Assembly: GCA_951406725.2 (NCBI GenBank)
Contig: OX597831.1
Span: 21,762,001-21,826,000 of the forward strand
DNA length: 64,000 nucleotides
From: Octopus vulgaris
Lineage: Eukaryota
Direction: 5' to 3'
Shown here: positions 1-15,204 of the stretch, one piece after another
Layout of the letters: each line of letters starts with the position of its first letter
How positions within the stretch are numbered: the stretch's first letter is position 1
Translations under genes and position numbers: made by a program
The notes under the pieces: generated by a model
Seen by the model: only the letters and a program-made list of their open reading frames with translations
Told to the model about the DNA's origin: nothing
The model's database searches: none

Positions 1-267
1 TTGCATGAGATTTTCAGTTGCCTTAAAAAGTCTTGAAGTTTCAGTGGGATTCAGCCCACGTTACCTTCTCGCATTCCATACATTCTTGCCATTTTCACTT
101 TCAATTCGGAGTACTTGGTTATTTTTTCCAACTTCTTTACTTACAACATTCATGTCATTTGGTATGGCTACATCAATGATCTGACAGTATTTGTCTCTCT
201 GATTCAATATAACAATATCCGGCCTATGGTTTTCAATTACACGCTTCGTCTCAAAATAATAGTCCCA
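1..267 (-). mobile_element. R4/Dong-like non-LTR retrotransposon fragment (restriction-like endonuclease domain), degenerate
   Basis: Manual minus-strand translation gives WDYYFETKRVIENHRPDIVILNQRDKYCQIIDVAIPNDMNVVSKE, then after a frameshift KITKYSELKVKMARM. This is the RPD..D..P..K..KY RLE motif. It abuts a (TAT)n tract at 268. Confidence 0.8.
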
Positions 268-716
<449 letters not shown>

Positions 717-717
717 T

Positions 718-1395
718 CACCCAGAAACCTCAAGAGACAACATGTTGGGTGTTATGCATAGGGTGCCATATATTTGGTTTTGTATTTAGTGTTGTACTAG
801 TGAATGCCTATAAAACCATATGAAAATTATGTTAGTTTTAAAAGTTGAGATTACAAAGAAAGTATTTTGCGTAGGATATGGGTAGTTCCCATGAGCACTA
901 TCTTTTGAATTTCTGCCATTTTTGTGTTTCCTGGCATCTGAGTTAGGTAGCAATCAGCCCCTTTTGCTATCATACCCAGGGCATATATGACAACAGGTAT
1001 TGTTTTAGTCTTCAGGTTCCACATTTTGCTGATTTCTATTTCCAGATCTTTATATTTGCTGAGTTTCTGGTAGGTCTTGACAGATACGTTTATATCGATT
1101 GGGACAGTCATATTAATGAGGAAGCATGCTCTTTGTCTGAAGTCTTTTACTATGATGTTTGGCCTATTCGCGTCTATTTTTCTGTCAGTTTGAATAGTGA
1201 AATTCTAGAGGAATGAGATGTGGTCATTTTCAAGCACTGGAGGTGGTTTGTTTTCCCACCAGTTTTTATCATGGGGCAAGTCCAGGCTTTTTCAAATTAC
1301 CCAGTGAATATATTGTGCAGCTCTATCATGCCTGTTGAGATATTCTGTTGGCGCAAGAAGACTGCACTTGGAAACAACATGATCAATGGTTTCTA
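718..1395 (-). mobile_element. 5'-truncated R4/Dong-like LINE 3' end: zinc-knuckle remnant, RLE domain and 3' UTR
   Basis: Minus-strand translation gives ETIDHVVSKCSLLAPTEYLNRHDRAAQYIHW...NFTIQTDRKIDANRPNIIVKD, continuing into ORF 851-1111 (KLSKYKDLEIEISKMWNLKTKTIPVVI...ILRKILSL). (TAA)n lies on both sides. Confidence 0.85.
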
Positions 1396-1410
1396 TATTA
1401 TTATTATTAT

Positions 1411-1624
1411 ACTCTTTTACTCTCTTTTACTTGTTTCAGTCATTTGACTGCGGCCATGCTGGAGCACCGCCTTTAGTCGAGCAAATCGATCCCAGGACTT
1501 ATTATTTGTAAGCCCAGTACTTATTCTATCGGTCTCTTTTGCCGAACCGCTAAGTGACGGGGACGTAAACACACATCAGCATCGGTTGTCAAGCAATGCT
1601 AGGGGGACAAACACAGACACACAA

Positions 1625-1655
<31 letters not shown>

Positions 1656-1826
1656 CATATATACGACAGGCTTCTTTCAGTTTCCGTCTACCAAATCCAC
1701 TCACAAGGCATTGGTTGGCCCGAGGCTATAGCAGGAGACACTTGCCCAAGATGCCACGCAGTGGGACTGAACCCAGAACCATGTGGTTGGTTAGCAAGCT
1801 ACTTACCACACAGCCACTCCTGCGCC

Positions 1827-1828
<2 letters not shown>
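1411..1828 (-). mobile_element. tRNA-derived SINE family A, full length with internal (TA)/(TG) microsatellite
   Basis: Head GGCGCAGGAGTGGCTGTGTGGTAAG...GGTTCAGTCCC has A/B-box-like motifs, then a TTGGGCAAG core and tail GGCGGTGCTCCAGCATGGCCGCAGTCAAATGACTGAAAC with GTAAAAGA repeats. Many homologous copies occur in the window. Confidence 0.9.
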
Positions 1829-1909
<81 letters not shown>

Positions 1910-2226
1910 GCTTTTTGAAAAAGGTTTTAGGTTTGTGCAATTAGCACCACCGTTTCCTTCTATTGTAGCTGTATTTCCGTTTCTATTCATAATAAATGGT
2001 TCCAGTTTTATTTTATTATTTTTTGTCAGGTTTCCTTAATATTCTAATCAACTTTACCTTTCTTTTTCTAATACTTTTCTTGGCCTTCAGTGGTAAGTTG
2101 GTAATAGGTTTCTATTTTCATCAGCTCTTTTCGTCCCATGGGCGTGTAATATATATTCTATATATATATGTCTGTGCATGCATGCAGCACTCAGACACAG
2201 AGAGACATACACACACGTATATGTCT

Positions 2227-2301
<75 letters not shown>

Positions 2302-2459
2302 CAGAGATGGTTAGATAGATAGATGAATACTAGCAGATATGTGTGACTGCGTGTGTATATATGTATATATGTAAGTATGTATGTATCTGCTTATGTATAT
2401 ATGTATGAATCTATGAATCTCATATCTGTCTATCTATCTACCCCCCCACACACACACAC

Positions 2460-2492
<33 letters not shown>

Positions 2493-2496
2493 ATAC

Positions 2497-2582
<86 letters not shown>

Positions 2583-2609
2583 GTATATACATATATGTAT
2601 GTATACATG

Positions 2610-2647
<38 letters not shown>

Positions 2648-2662
2648 TGTGTGTGTATGTAT

Positions 2663-2703
<41 letters not shown>

Positions 2704-4313
2704 TGTGAGTGTGTGTCTCAATATAGTATTGATTTTATTAATACTGTCCTATGTTTATTACCTTCTTTGTTATTTTGTTATTACATCCAGACACCAAGTT
2801 GTTATAACATCTTTACTGCCATTTTGGTTTCGGTTATTCATCTCTGGCAATGCTGGGGCAATACCTACAAGTTATATTGATCACCGTTATCGATCTGACT
2901 ACATATTTTCAGTATGGTTTTTTTAATTTATTAAACGCTAAGTCCCGACTAACTATTCTATATATATTCTTTTTTTAATAAAACTACGTATTTCGTTTCT
3001 CCTATCATTTACCTATGCACAGGGTTATATAAGGATACATACATTCAATCACAAGCAAACATACACACAAATGCACAAGACACACACACATTATATACAC
3101 ACGCACATACCTATCATACGTATATACACATATAAACATATATACATATATATATATATGTGTGTGTGTATGAATATGTTATATAATATATGTGTGTGCA
3201 AGTGTGTGTGTGTGTGTTTGTTTGTTTGTTTGTGTGAGTGTATATGTTTGGGCAAAATACTTAATTTCAAGTTGCTTCGCTGACTGTGAATTGGTAAACA
3301 CGCGACAGATTAGCTTTCCGTCCAAGAAAATATTGACCCGAATGCCTAGCTAGCAGGATTGAATCATTTGAAAACCACAAGATATCGAAGAATGAAGAAT
3401 GCGTGTATGTATGTATGTATATATATATATATCTATATATATATCAAGTAAGCACTCAGTATAAAGGAATAGAATTTAATTTCGAACAGTTAGATACCAG
3501 TAAATGTCAGTAGAATACAAATACCACGTAAATTTTCATGTATGACAGGTAAATCCAACAATTCTTTTGCAGAATTTTAAGAAATAATATGTACATATTA
3601 TGTAGAAATAATATGCTTAGATTTCAATTCTACTGCACGGCACTCTAGCCAAGGGTCTTCTAATATAGCTTGAGGCCAACCAATGTAAATTTCTACCATA
3701 TATTTGTGTCTGTCTGTATGTATATATATTCGTTCATCTTTAAGTTTCCTCCCTTCCTTACTGATTGCCAAATGTAAACGATAGAACAAGTATTACATTA
3801 AATTGCCATCAAATTTCAAGATGGTGCCCTAGCATGGCCACAGTCCAGTGAATGACACAAATAAAAAAATTAAATAACAGATTCCACAGTATCTATATTT
3901 TCTCAATCGAGCCTAAGGCCAGCTTTACAGGAAACCCTATGTAATGTTTTAGTACATATTCACAGAAATCGCCGACCATAGTTTAAAAAATATTACAATC
4001 AGACGATATCTTTTATCGTTTACACGTTTCAGTCATTGGACTGCAGCCATGCTGGGGCATCACCTTGAAAAGACTACTCTAAAGTATATTTTAAAGTCTG
4101 ATGCTTATTCTACTACGCCTTGATGCTCAACTACTAAACAAATTAACATCGGTCGTAAAGCAGCAACAGAGTAAAATACCAACACAGACACACACACACA
4201 CATGCAAACGTATAGACGTATACATATGCACATATGTATGTACGTACCGCATGTGTACCGTTGGCGATTTTTTTTCCTCTGTCTTCCCTTCTCTGGATCT
4301 TTCCTTCTCCTAT

Positions 4314-4348
4314 GTTTCCGACGAAGAGCTCCGCTCGAAACGTTAAAC
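4314..4348 (+). ncRNA. Minimal hammerhead-ribozyme-like motif (U4-to-C core change) in a short Penelope-like relic (about 4255-4447)
   Basis: GTTT-CCGACGA-A-GAGC-TCC-GCTC-GAAA-CG-TT-AAAC: stem I GTTT/AAAC, stem II GAGC/GCTC, palindromic ACGT stem III. Confidence 0.55.
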
Positions 4349-4440
4349 CCTTCTTCTTTCCTTCTTTCCTGAGCGTCCAATAATACTATATTTGTTCCAC
4401 GTCCTCGCGTTGTTTTTTTTTTGTACTTTCTTGTTTGGAT

Positions 4441-4493
<53 letters not shown>

Positions 4494-4646
4494 TCGACAG
4501 GTTTCTTTCAGTTTCTGTCCACCAAATCCACTTTTAAGGCTTTGATCGTTCTTCCTTTATATTAGAAGACAATGACTTCTAATATAAACCCAAAATTAAG
4601 TATTTGCGAAGCACGGACAGCCATCCCTGGTTCTATAAAGATTGAG

Positions 4647-4716
4647 TTACCATGCCGGGAATCGAACACTGACCGCCCGAGTGAAAAAGAAAGCTGTAAT
4701 CCTAACCACGACACAG
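4647..4716 (-). pseudogene. tRNA-Glu(TTC)-derived pseudogene or fragment
   Basis: Reverse complement GTGGTTAGGATT...TTTCACTCGGGCGGTCAGTGTTCGATTCCCGGCATGGTAA resembles animal tRNA-Glu(TTC). The anticodon arm has an insertion and the acceptor stem is broken. Confidence 0.55.
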
Positions 4717-5220
4717 ATATTTTTGTCAAAATCTTTTCCTACCATAATATATTTTAAGAATGTCATCGAAGAAGTTCGATGGCGTACTTTAAGCCTTCCA
4801 GCTGCTTCCCACTCAACGTTAAAGTCATTTGGTATAGATTTGTCGTTAATTAATAGGCCATTGTATTTTTTTCTAATAGAAGAATGAGGTCAGGCACATT
4901 ATAATAGATCTTGTAGTCTACAGCATATTATAAAGTCCCGTAATATCTTCGCTTTGTCATATTTGAAGGTAGGTGGAGCTTCATACGGCTACCATTATTA
5001 CCATTATTATCGTCGCGTAACATTACCATCCTCCTCGTTATTAAATTATTGTTGTCTCTTCTTCTTCTTCTTCTTCTTCTTCTTCTTCTTCTTCTTCTTC
5101 TTCTTCTTCTTCTTCTTCTTCTTCTTCTTCTTCTTCTTCTTCTTCTTCTTCTTCTTCTTCTTCTTCGTTGTCTTCTTCCCATCATCATTTTATCAGCATT
5201 ATTAGTACTATTATTATAGT

Positions 5221-5261
<41 letters not shown>

Positions 5262-5533
5262 TCTTATTATTAGGTTCATTTTATTTAAGGAAATGAATCC
5301 CATTAACGGTATTTCAATTCTAAATGTCAGCCACGGAAACCAAGGGATGGTTCTTTTTTACTTTTTCGATAAAATTTTTTTTTCTTCATCTGTCACACAC
5401 TCACATACAAACACACACACACATATACACACATACACACACATAGATACACACCTTACTCTTGACTATATTTTCAGATCTCACTTTCGCTTTGTACGCC
5501 TCTCTCTCTCTCTTTCTTTATCTATCTGTCTCC

Positions 5534-5578
<45 letters not shown>

Positions 5579-5595
5579 CATCTATCTATCTATCA

Positions 5596-5681
<86 letters not shown>

Positions 5682-5986
5682 CTGTATGTCTGTCTAATGG
5701 TCTATCTGCCATTTTTATCTTTTTCTACCTGTCTTTCTATCCTTCCCTTCATCAGTGTGCCAATCAATTTATTTATCAATCTATTTATTTATGATCTAAC
5801 CCACCTACATTTATGTATCTGTGTATCTATGTTTCTACTTACCTATCTGCTCTCTTATCTCGCGGTGTAGTTAGTTATCTATATGTATGTATAAGTAGTC
5901 TGCAAACCCATTCCCTTCATTTCATCATTTGCTGACATATGACTGATCATGTGATGTGATCACGTGTTTATTATACCATCATCAAA

Positions 5987-6800
5987 GGTGGAGAGTTAGT
6001 AGAATCGTTAGCACGCCGGGCGGAATGCTTAGCGGTATTTCGCCTGCCGCTACGTTCTGAGTTCAAATTCCGCCGAGGACGACATTGCCTTTCATCCTTT
6101 CGGGGTCGATTAAATAAGTACCAGTTACGCACTGGGGTCGATATAATCGACTTAATCCGTTTGTCTGTCCCTGTTTGTCCTCTCCGTGTTTAGCCCCTTG
6201 TGGGTAGTAAAGAAATGGGTATTTCGCCTGCCGCTACGTTCTGAGTTCAAATTCCGCCGAGGTCTACATTGCCTTTCATCATTTCGGGGTCGATTAAATA
6301 AGTACCAGTTACGCACTGGGATCGATATAATCGACTTAATCCGTTTGTCTGTCCTTGTTTGTCCCCTCTGTGTTTGGCCCCTTGTGGACAGTAAAAAAAT
6401 AAGAATCGTTAGCACTACAAAGAACTTTCTTAGCGAAATTTCGTCTAATTTTACGTCTTAAGTTCAAATTCCGCCGGGTTCGACTTTGCCTTTCATCCTT
6501 TCGGGGTCAATAAAAGAAGTACCAGTCGAACACTGGGGTCGATGTAATCGACATACCCCCCCCACCTTCCGAAATTACTGGCCTTGTGCCAAAATTTGAA
6601 ATCATTATAACATGAACTGAAACTAAGGATGTTGATATTAGTAATACTATCTTTACATTCTGAGTTCAAATTCCGCCGAGGTCAACTTTGCCTTTCATCC
6701 TTTCGGGGTCGATAAATTAATTACCAGTTATGCACTGGGGTCGATCTAATCGACTGGCATCCTCCACAAAAAGACCTTGTGCGTAGCGGAGAAAAGAATA
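5987..6800 (+). mobile_element. Cluster of SINE family B copies, including a 184-bp headless tandem unit
   Basis: Repeated GTTCTGAGTTCAAATTCCGCCGAGG...TTTCATCCTTTCGGGGTCGAT...GTACCAGTTACGCACTGGGGTCGAT. Units start at 6034 and 6218. Confidence 0.9.
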
Positions 6801-7305
6801 TCAGTAGTACTATGTCTAGGTGTAAATACTACATATGTTTTTATTCACTTATATTCAACGCCCTAAGCACAATTAGCGGACTTTCTGTGTCTTTGTGATT
6901 AGTACACAGTAAGAAGTCAAAAGAAGATAACCAGTAATCACGTAAAACAGCAGATTTTACATGTGAATGTTTCTTTCATAGAAATGTACCGTGATAACAG
7001 TACCTTTGCTCGATCTAACCAACATTATTTCTACGTTAAAAAAGGATATCGACCAGCCGCAAAGGGAAAAATGTGGACTGACACATTGCTATAAATCTGT
7101 CAGCAGATCAGAGAAGAAATTCACACTGAGCCGTTGGCAGAGAGCATTTAACCTCGTGTACAGTAATAGTAGTGTATCGTGTGAATACTTTCTCTTCACC
7201 TGCTTCGTTAAATTATTTATCCAAAGCCAGGATATAACAAAAGATAAATTTACCAAGTCGAGCCACACCGACACATAAGGGCCGATTTCTCTGTTTTATC
7301 ACTTA

Positions 7306-7818
7306 CTAGCAGTATCACCCGGCGTTGCTCGGGTTTGTAAGGGAAATAACTATATAAGCATTTTTAGAGAGTTACTTCCCTTATAGATGCCAATTCGGGC
7401 TTTCTTAGCCATTTCTGTTTTGGTGTCTTCAAGCCATGAAGTCGTTGTTCTAAAAGAACGCTGGTCTCCTTTACAACGCTTTACGACGTTGCTTTCCTTA
7501 CACTCCCTTCCCCACAGCTTCACGAGGGAGGGAAGAAGGGGGAGAAGCAAACAGGTGCAGGTGTGACCATGGACGCCAACTCCGCCGCCATCGACACACG
7601 AAAAATTATGCATTAAAATGGAATAAAAAATGATGTTAAATTATTTTTAAAATCGTAGACTCATCGTAGACGCGCGCTAATACCCAGACGGGCTCGATAT
7701 GAATCACGACTATAAGATACTCGAATTTGGTTAAACTGCACCGCAAAATGTGGGAGTAGTTAGGAATCTAAATCGAAGGCGACAGACACTCATACAACTA
7801 CAGTTTTATATATATAGA
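7306..7818 (-). mobile_element. Complete non-autonomous Helitron (513 bp)
   Basis: Minus strand starts TCTATATATATAAAACTG and ends CCCGAGCAACGCCGGG (hairpin)-TGATACTG-CTAG. It sits between A and T with no TSD. A paralogous empty site ACTTA|TTTTTTGAAGC lies at 8556-8571. Confidence 0.9.
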
Positions 7819-7935
7819 TTTTTTGAAGCTTAGTACTTATTCAATCGGTGTTTTTAGTTCTTTCTTTTTTGCCGAACTGTTAGTTAACGGGTATGTAAGT
7901 ACAACACCAGTGGATGACAGCGGTGGCGGGAGGAC

Positions 7936-8142
7936 TCATAAGGGCCGATTTCTCTGTTTCATGGCGTATATATTCCCCACCCGGACGGGACGCCGGCCCG
8001 TCGCAGGATCACTCATTTTTGCTTGCTGAGTGGACTGGAGCAACGATAAATGCTCAAGAATACAACGCGTCACCCGGTCTAGGAATCGAAACCACAATCT
8101 TGCGATCATAAGTCCAACACCCTAACCATCAACCCACGCGCT
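7936..8142 (-). mobile_element. tRNA-derived SINE with family-C-like head, degenerate
   Basis: Reverse complement GCGCGTGGGTTGATGGTTAGGGTGTTGGACTTATGATCGCAAGATTGTGGTTTCGATTCC is a tRNA-like head. Related copies lie at about 28500-28780 and 53579. Confidence 0.7.
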
Positions 8143-8311
8143 GCCACTGTATTTCTACGTCCCTCCGTATGACATGAAGCTGCATCACTTCGTGTGGCTT
8201 TGGTTCGGGAGTTTCAAGGTTTTGAGGAGAGTGGAATCATGTCTTGGCCTCTATTGTTCATGAATATTGATATGATCGGATCAATAGCACCTGGCCGGAG
8301 TAATAGCACCT

Positions 8312-8452
8312 GTCGGATGCTGACTGCACACCTGACAAGTGCTAATTACTCAAGGTCCCAGCTGTGGTTTAACTAGATTTGAAGTGAGGTCAGATGCTGA
8401 TCTCACACCTGACAAGTGCTAATTACTCAGGGTCCCAGCTATGGTTTAACTA
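8312..8452. repeat. Direct duplication of a ~63-bp unit
   Basis: CACACCTGACAAGTGCTAATTACTCA(A/G)GGTCCCAGCT(G/A)TGGTTTAACTA occurs twice, about 78 bp apart. Confidence 0.85.
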
Positions 8453-8691
8453 CCAATTGTCGACAATATAGTCTTTCACTTATTTCAATCATTTGATTGC
8501 GGCCTTGCTGGGGCACTCCCATAGAGTGGTTTTAGTTGCACAAATCGACCCTTGGACTTATTTTTTGAAGCCTAGTAATTATTCAATCAGTGCACTTTTT
8601 TTTGCAGGACCACTAGTTAACAGGGATGTAAGTACAACACCAGTGTATGAGAACGGTGGTGGGGTGACAAACCGAAGCAGAGACACAATAT

Positions 8692-8758
<67 letters not shown>

Positions 8759-8856
8759 TATATTTATATATATATGTGTGTATATATATATATATATATT
8801 ATATATATATAAATTACATATGTATAATATGTATATATATATATATATACACACAT

Positions 8857-8906
<50 letters not shown>

Positions 8907-8966
8907 CAATTCCAAATGTGTAATATTTCTCTCTCTCTCACTCCCCCTCTCTTGCTATATATATAG

Positions 8967-9018
<52 letters not shown>

Positions 9019-9525
9019 CTATGTCTATATATATATATACATATTTCCTTATATATACGCACAGATATTTAGCATACATACATACACACAAACACAGGGA
9101 CACAGTCTACTGTACACGGCTATTGCATACAGAGGGAAAAAAATAGAACAAGACAAATATGAGAAATGTATAAGAGTAAGGAGAAGATAGGGGAAGATGA
9201 GGACGATGAAGGAGTAGAAGAGATATCAGTATACACTTGTGATTCCCATAGTTTAAATTTACCTTTACAATTTCTAGAGAATATTTTCAAAATATAGGAA
9301 AATATTGCAGAAAAAAAGAGAGAGAGAACGCAAAACGCAAAAACATATTTTGAAGCTTGTATTATGTGTAAATCTTATATGTTACCTATACGTGTTCTAT
9401 ATGTGTATACATTTATATACATGCATACATACATACATACATAATACATACATACTTATACATATATATATACACATAAGTATAATGAAAAAAAATTTAG
9501 TACGATATACATGCATATACATACG

Positions 9526-9585
<60 letters not shown>

Positions 9586-10264
9586 CATATATATATACAA
9601 TATATATACATGCATATATATATATATGTATATATGTATATATGTATGTATATATATATATATATATATATATACAAATATATATAGATATATATATACA
9701 TGTGTGTGTATATATATATGCAACAAATGTTTCTGTGTCTTATAGATACAAACATACACACATATATTGTTTGCACACTTGCAATCGTACAAAGATATGC
9801 GTATATATATATGTGCGTGTTTGTGTATCTGTGTGTCTGTGTTTTATGTGTATGTATGTATGTATGTATATGTATGTGTGTACGTGTACGGTGGGTTTTA
9901 TGCATGTATATTTATAGAGCAAAAGACAATGTATGCGTGAGAGAATATAGACAGAAACACCATTACCCGATGTTGTTTTTTAATATATTTTATATCAAAC
10001 CTATTTAAACCTGTTTATATATTATAAAAATAAGTGGCCTTCGGTTGTTTTGTTTCTTGTGTTTAGCTGGGGAAAAACGTCGATCGCCATATTTGAAGGG
10101 GAAAAAAATATGTTACTGAATAATATATAATAAACAGATGAGAAAAACGCAGATGAAATATATAGAAATGGGAGAATTCATGCAAAGGGGATAATCCTTC
10201 TTTGCGAGTGCATCGGTGACTTGAAAGTCATTCAGTACATAATATATCTCAACACATACACAGA

Positions 10265-10360
<96 letters not shown>

Positions 10361-10496
10361 GTATGTCTGTCTGTATATCTATATATATATATATATATAT
10401 AAATAAATAGATAGCTATATATGTATGTATACATATATCTCAACATATACACGTAAATAAATAGATACATACATATACATATATCAACACATACAC

Positions 10497-10549
<53 letters not shown>

Positions 10550-10622
10550 TATATGTATATATATATATCGTCCCTTCTCTCGCTCCCTCACTCTGTCTCC
10601 CGTCTGTCCTCCTCTCTCGATC

Positions 10623-10656
<34 letters not shown>

Positions 10657-10938
10657 TATATATATATATATGTATGTATGTATGTATGTATATCTAAATA
10701 TATATACATAAATAAATAGATAGCTATAGACATACATACATATATACATATATGTGTATGTATGTGTGTGTGTGTGTGTGTGTGTGCAGAGAGAGTGAGG
10801 GGAAAGAGAGAAAGAACTGAATTTGGCGAGACGGTGCAATAAGGAGAGGGACATAGTTACACACACGCGCACGCGTACTTAAACATACATGGACAGAAAG
10901 ACAGGAATGGATAGTCAGGTAGGTAGATACGTATGAAG

Positions 10939-10971
<33 letters not shown>

Positions 10972-12220
10972 TTGTGTGTGTGATTGTATAGATGCAAGTT
11001 ATTTCAAAAAGAGCTAAAGATGACAGGATTTGTAAATGAAATCCACTTCTGCATATTTTGAAGCTCATATAAACACTCTAGACTTAGTTTTGTGCAGATC
11101 ACACGCTGCTCTTCTATGCTGGTCGTAACCATTTTATGCTACTTTTCCCCTTAGGCCAAAAGGTTGTGCTAGAAGTGTATTACTAATTCGTTTACATAAC
11201 ACAGAAATTCATGGTATACTGAAGATTCTAGAATGACAAAAACCGGCAAACAATGCAGTAGAAATTCTCGATACATGAACAAAGATTGACTATGAAATAT
11301 ATCCATAGGAATAACCCTAAAGAATAATTGTTACTTCGTATTTTCAATATTACTCTTTAGAGGAATGATGTTTTTTAAATTGGCTAGTGTTTTGTTATTG
11401 AGCAAGACACTTTATTTCACGTTGCTCCAGTTCACTCAGCTGTAGAAATGAGTCTCATTGGTCTCTGAAAAGACCATCAAAATTGGAGGCGCAATTCATC
11501 TCCAAGGACCCACAAACCATTAACAAGGTCCTCCTCCTTATGGAGACCACAAAAGCATTTAATTGTAATGTATCTGTATTTTTGTTTCCTAATTTCAGCT
11601 ATGTATTTCTCGCCGACAATTGTTATTCCAATCTAAAAGAAAGAAGACATTTTGAGACAAACTAAACATTATTATAGCAACATGGTCACCATTCCAAATC
11701 CATATGATCTTGACGTTTGCTGCCATTAATGAAGTTGGCTTCGGATCTTGCACCCTACAATTTTATCCATTTGAGAATATCCAGATCGGTGATAAAGGAA
11801 CTTCTAAATGCAATATTCAAGACCTTTCTCATATATGCCAAAACAACTTTATAAGAAAATGATTACATTTATCCAAAAGTAGTGATTGCCCCAAAATTTA
11901 ATAATCTTAAGCCTTTTCCATTCGCATATGCAATTGCCAATCTCCAGGATTCTTAAAAGTGCAAAAGTGCAAAAGTGCAGAGAGGAAGCTACAAGACTCA
12001 CCAGAGACTTAAATTTCATATTTAATAAAAATTCTTCTGAAATAGAGTTATCTCTGTCAATGCATTGTCATCATCATCATCTAATTTTCGAAATATAGGC
12101 TTTATTGCACTAACTAGAAACCGATTTAACAGGAGTTCAGATCGGAGTCCGTGCCAGTGGAATTTCGTAAACGAAACATGCCGAACACTTATTTGATCCA
12201 CTCTTTCTCTCTTTTCTTTT

Positions 12221-12251
<31 letters not shown>

Positions 12252-12306
12252 TTTTTCTTTATTTCTTTCTTTTCCATTATTCCTTCCTTTCGTCTTTCCT
12301 TCTTTC

Positions 12307-12396
<90 letters not shown>

Positions 12397-12401
12397 GTCT
12401 G

Positions 12402-12545
<144 letters not shown>

Positions 12546-12547
12546 TA

Positions 12548-12586
<39 letters not shown>

Positions 12587-12672
12587 TTTCTCCGTTTCCC
12601 TTCTCCTCTCTTTCTCTCTCTCTCTCTTCCTCTCACTCCTCTCCCCATGCTATACATGTATATATATGTATG

Positions 12673-12715
<43 letters not shown>

Positions 12716-13171
12716 CTTTGTCTGAGTCTGTGTTAATGGTGCATGCATACATGTGTGTATCTGTTTAGAGACATGTAAATATATCATGTAGACGTATTTC
12801 TATGGCATAATACATATTTAAACAAGTGTGTGTTTCTACACACACTCATACATATATATGCCGCCCAACAGGCGAGCACACACATATAAACACACTCGTA
12901 TACCCATGCATGCATTCACTTACACACTCTAATATGTAAGATACAAAAATATGATTTTTATATTGAAAGTTTCTCACACATCCTTTTTCGTTTTTTATGT
13001 ATGGTTTGTAACAATAGGCAACCGAAATCCGTTTGGCCATTAACGTTGCAAAAACATTCTCGAAAATCATCATCAAAATATATGCGCATGCGTGTGAATG
13101 TATGAGGTGTCTGTGTGTGCCTATGTGCACGTGTCATCTTATCGTTTTATACACACGTACGCACACATAAA

Positions 13172-13333
<162 letters not shown>

Positions 13334-13419
13334 TACACACAGACAGCTGGCTTGATAGAAATAGATACACACACACACACATATATATGTATATATACAG
13401 ACATGCATATATATATACA

Positions 13420-13476
<57 letters not shown>

Positions 13477-14137
13477 CTATATACAGACATATACATATAT
13501 CTATATATATACAAAAACATGCACACATGCACACAGATATATGCATATATATGCAGGCATACATATTTTCATATACATATAAATATAAGACCGTATATGT
13601 AAGCATAAATATATGCGTATAACTATAAACGTCTTAATTGTATGTATAAGCTTGTTTCCACGTGAGCCTGCGTGTCTATCAAAGCTACATGGGATGCAGC
13701 ACTTCAGAAATATAATCTGTTCCTTCCATCGTCATGTCAAATCTATTTCCTCTACTTCCGTTAGACTAAAATATGTTCAGCCATAACCAGACAATGACAA
13801 TTCCGTATGATGTCTACTGCATCGAGGCTTGTGTATAAACATGACATACTTTATAACAGCCGGTGGCTGGAAGCTGGTTGAGAGTAGATTGTGTTAGACT
13901 GTGAATGTGGTGGGATATCATCACGTCAAATAGAAATAGTAGGAAGCTGGGATCTCATGGTAGTGATACAGATTATTTTATTCTTGGGCCACCAATTCAT
14001 AAATACCACCAACTCATAAATACACCCCATGCACACACACACTCATATACATACATACATACATACATACATACATAAACACACATATATATATATATGT
14101 ATGTATGCGTGTAATTATGTCTGTGTGTCTGTATATT

Positions 14138-14520
14138 ACTCTTTTACTTGTTTCAGTCATTTGACTGCGGCCATGCCGGAGCACCGCCTTTAGTCGAGCA
14201 AATCGACCCCAGGCCTTATTCTTTGTAAGCCAAGTACTTAGTCTATCGGTCTATTTTGCCGAACCGGTAGGTTACGGGACGTAAACACACCAGCATCGGT
14301 TGTCAAGTGATGCTGGAGGAACAAACACAGACACACACACATTTAAACATATATATATACGACACACTTCTTTCAGTTTCCGTCTGCCAAATCCACTCAC
14401 AAGGATTAGGTCGGCCCGAGGCTATAGTAGAAGACACTTGCACAAGATGCTACGCAGTGGGACTGAACCCGGAACCATTTGGTTGGTAAGAAAGCTACTT
14501 ACCACACAGCCGCTCCAGCA
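14138..14520 (-). mobile_element. SINE family A copy
   Basis: Near-colinear with 1411-1828. Confidence 0.9.
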
Positions 14521-14797
14521 TGTATATATATATATACATGCATACGCATTCATACAAATATGCTTAAATATTTATATTTATATAAATAAATAAATATATA
14601 TATATATAAATATATATATAAACATATATAAATATATATACACATATATATAATATATACATATATAAATATATATATGTATGTGAAAATGTTAAGATAC
14701 GTGTACTGTATGAGCTATTTCATTAACTATTTGAGTGCGTAATTGTCGATATCTATCTATTTGTTTGCGTGTGTGTGTGAATTATTTTCTTCTGGGC

Positions 14798-15025
14798 GCA
14801 AGGTCAGAAACGTTAGCACGCCGGGCGAAATGCGTAGCCGTATTTCGTCTGGCATTACGTTCTAAGTTCAAATTCCGCCGAGGTCGACTTTACCTTTCAT
14901 CCTTTCGGGGGGTCGATAAATTAAGTACCAGTTATGCACCGGGGTCGATATAACCGACTTAATCCGTTTGTCTGTCCTTCTTTGTCCCCTCTATGTTTAG
15001 CCCCTTGTGGGTAGTAAACAAATAA
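14798..15025 (+). mobile_element. SINE family B copy
   Basis: CAGAAACGTTAGCACGCCGGGCGAAATGC...AGTTCAAATTCCGCCGAGGTCGAC...TTAGCCCCTTGTGGGTAGTAAA. Confidence 0.9.
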
Positions 15026-15204
15026 CTATGTCTTTAGAAGGAGCTGAAAGACTGGCGAGAACTTCGACCATGAACGTTTCTCTAAAACAGCTGCAAATGG
15101 TCGGGTGCCAGAAAAATGTTAGCAAGTACAAGTATTGAATTCTGTGTGACTGAAATTCTAAGGTGGGAGAAATGATGATACCGAGTGCCTTAGCTAAGCC
15201 AGTT

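Noticed and set aside
11460-12060. Possible host exon in non-repetitive sequence (likewise 13680-14000, 15440-16020, 18560-19020 and 52200-52950)
   Set aside because: I recognise no protein motif or convincing splice-bounded ORF. Small exons cannot be excluded without RNA-seq.
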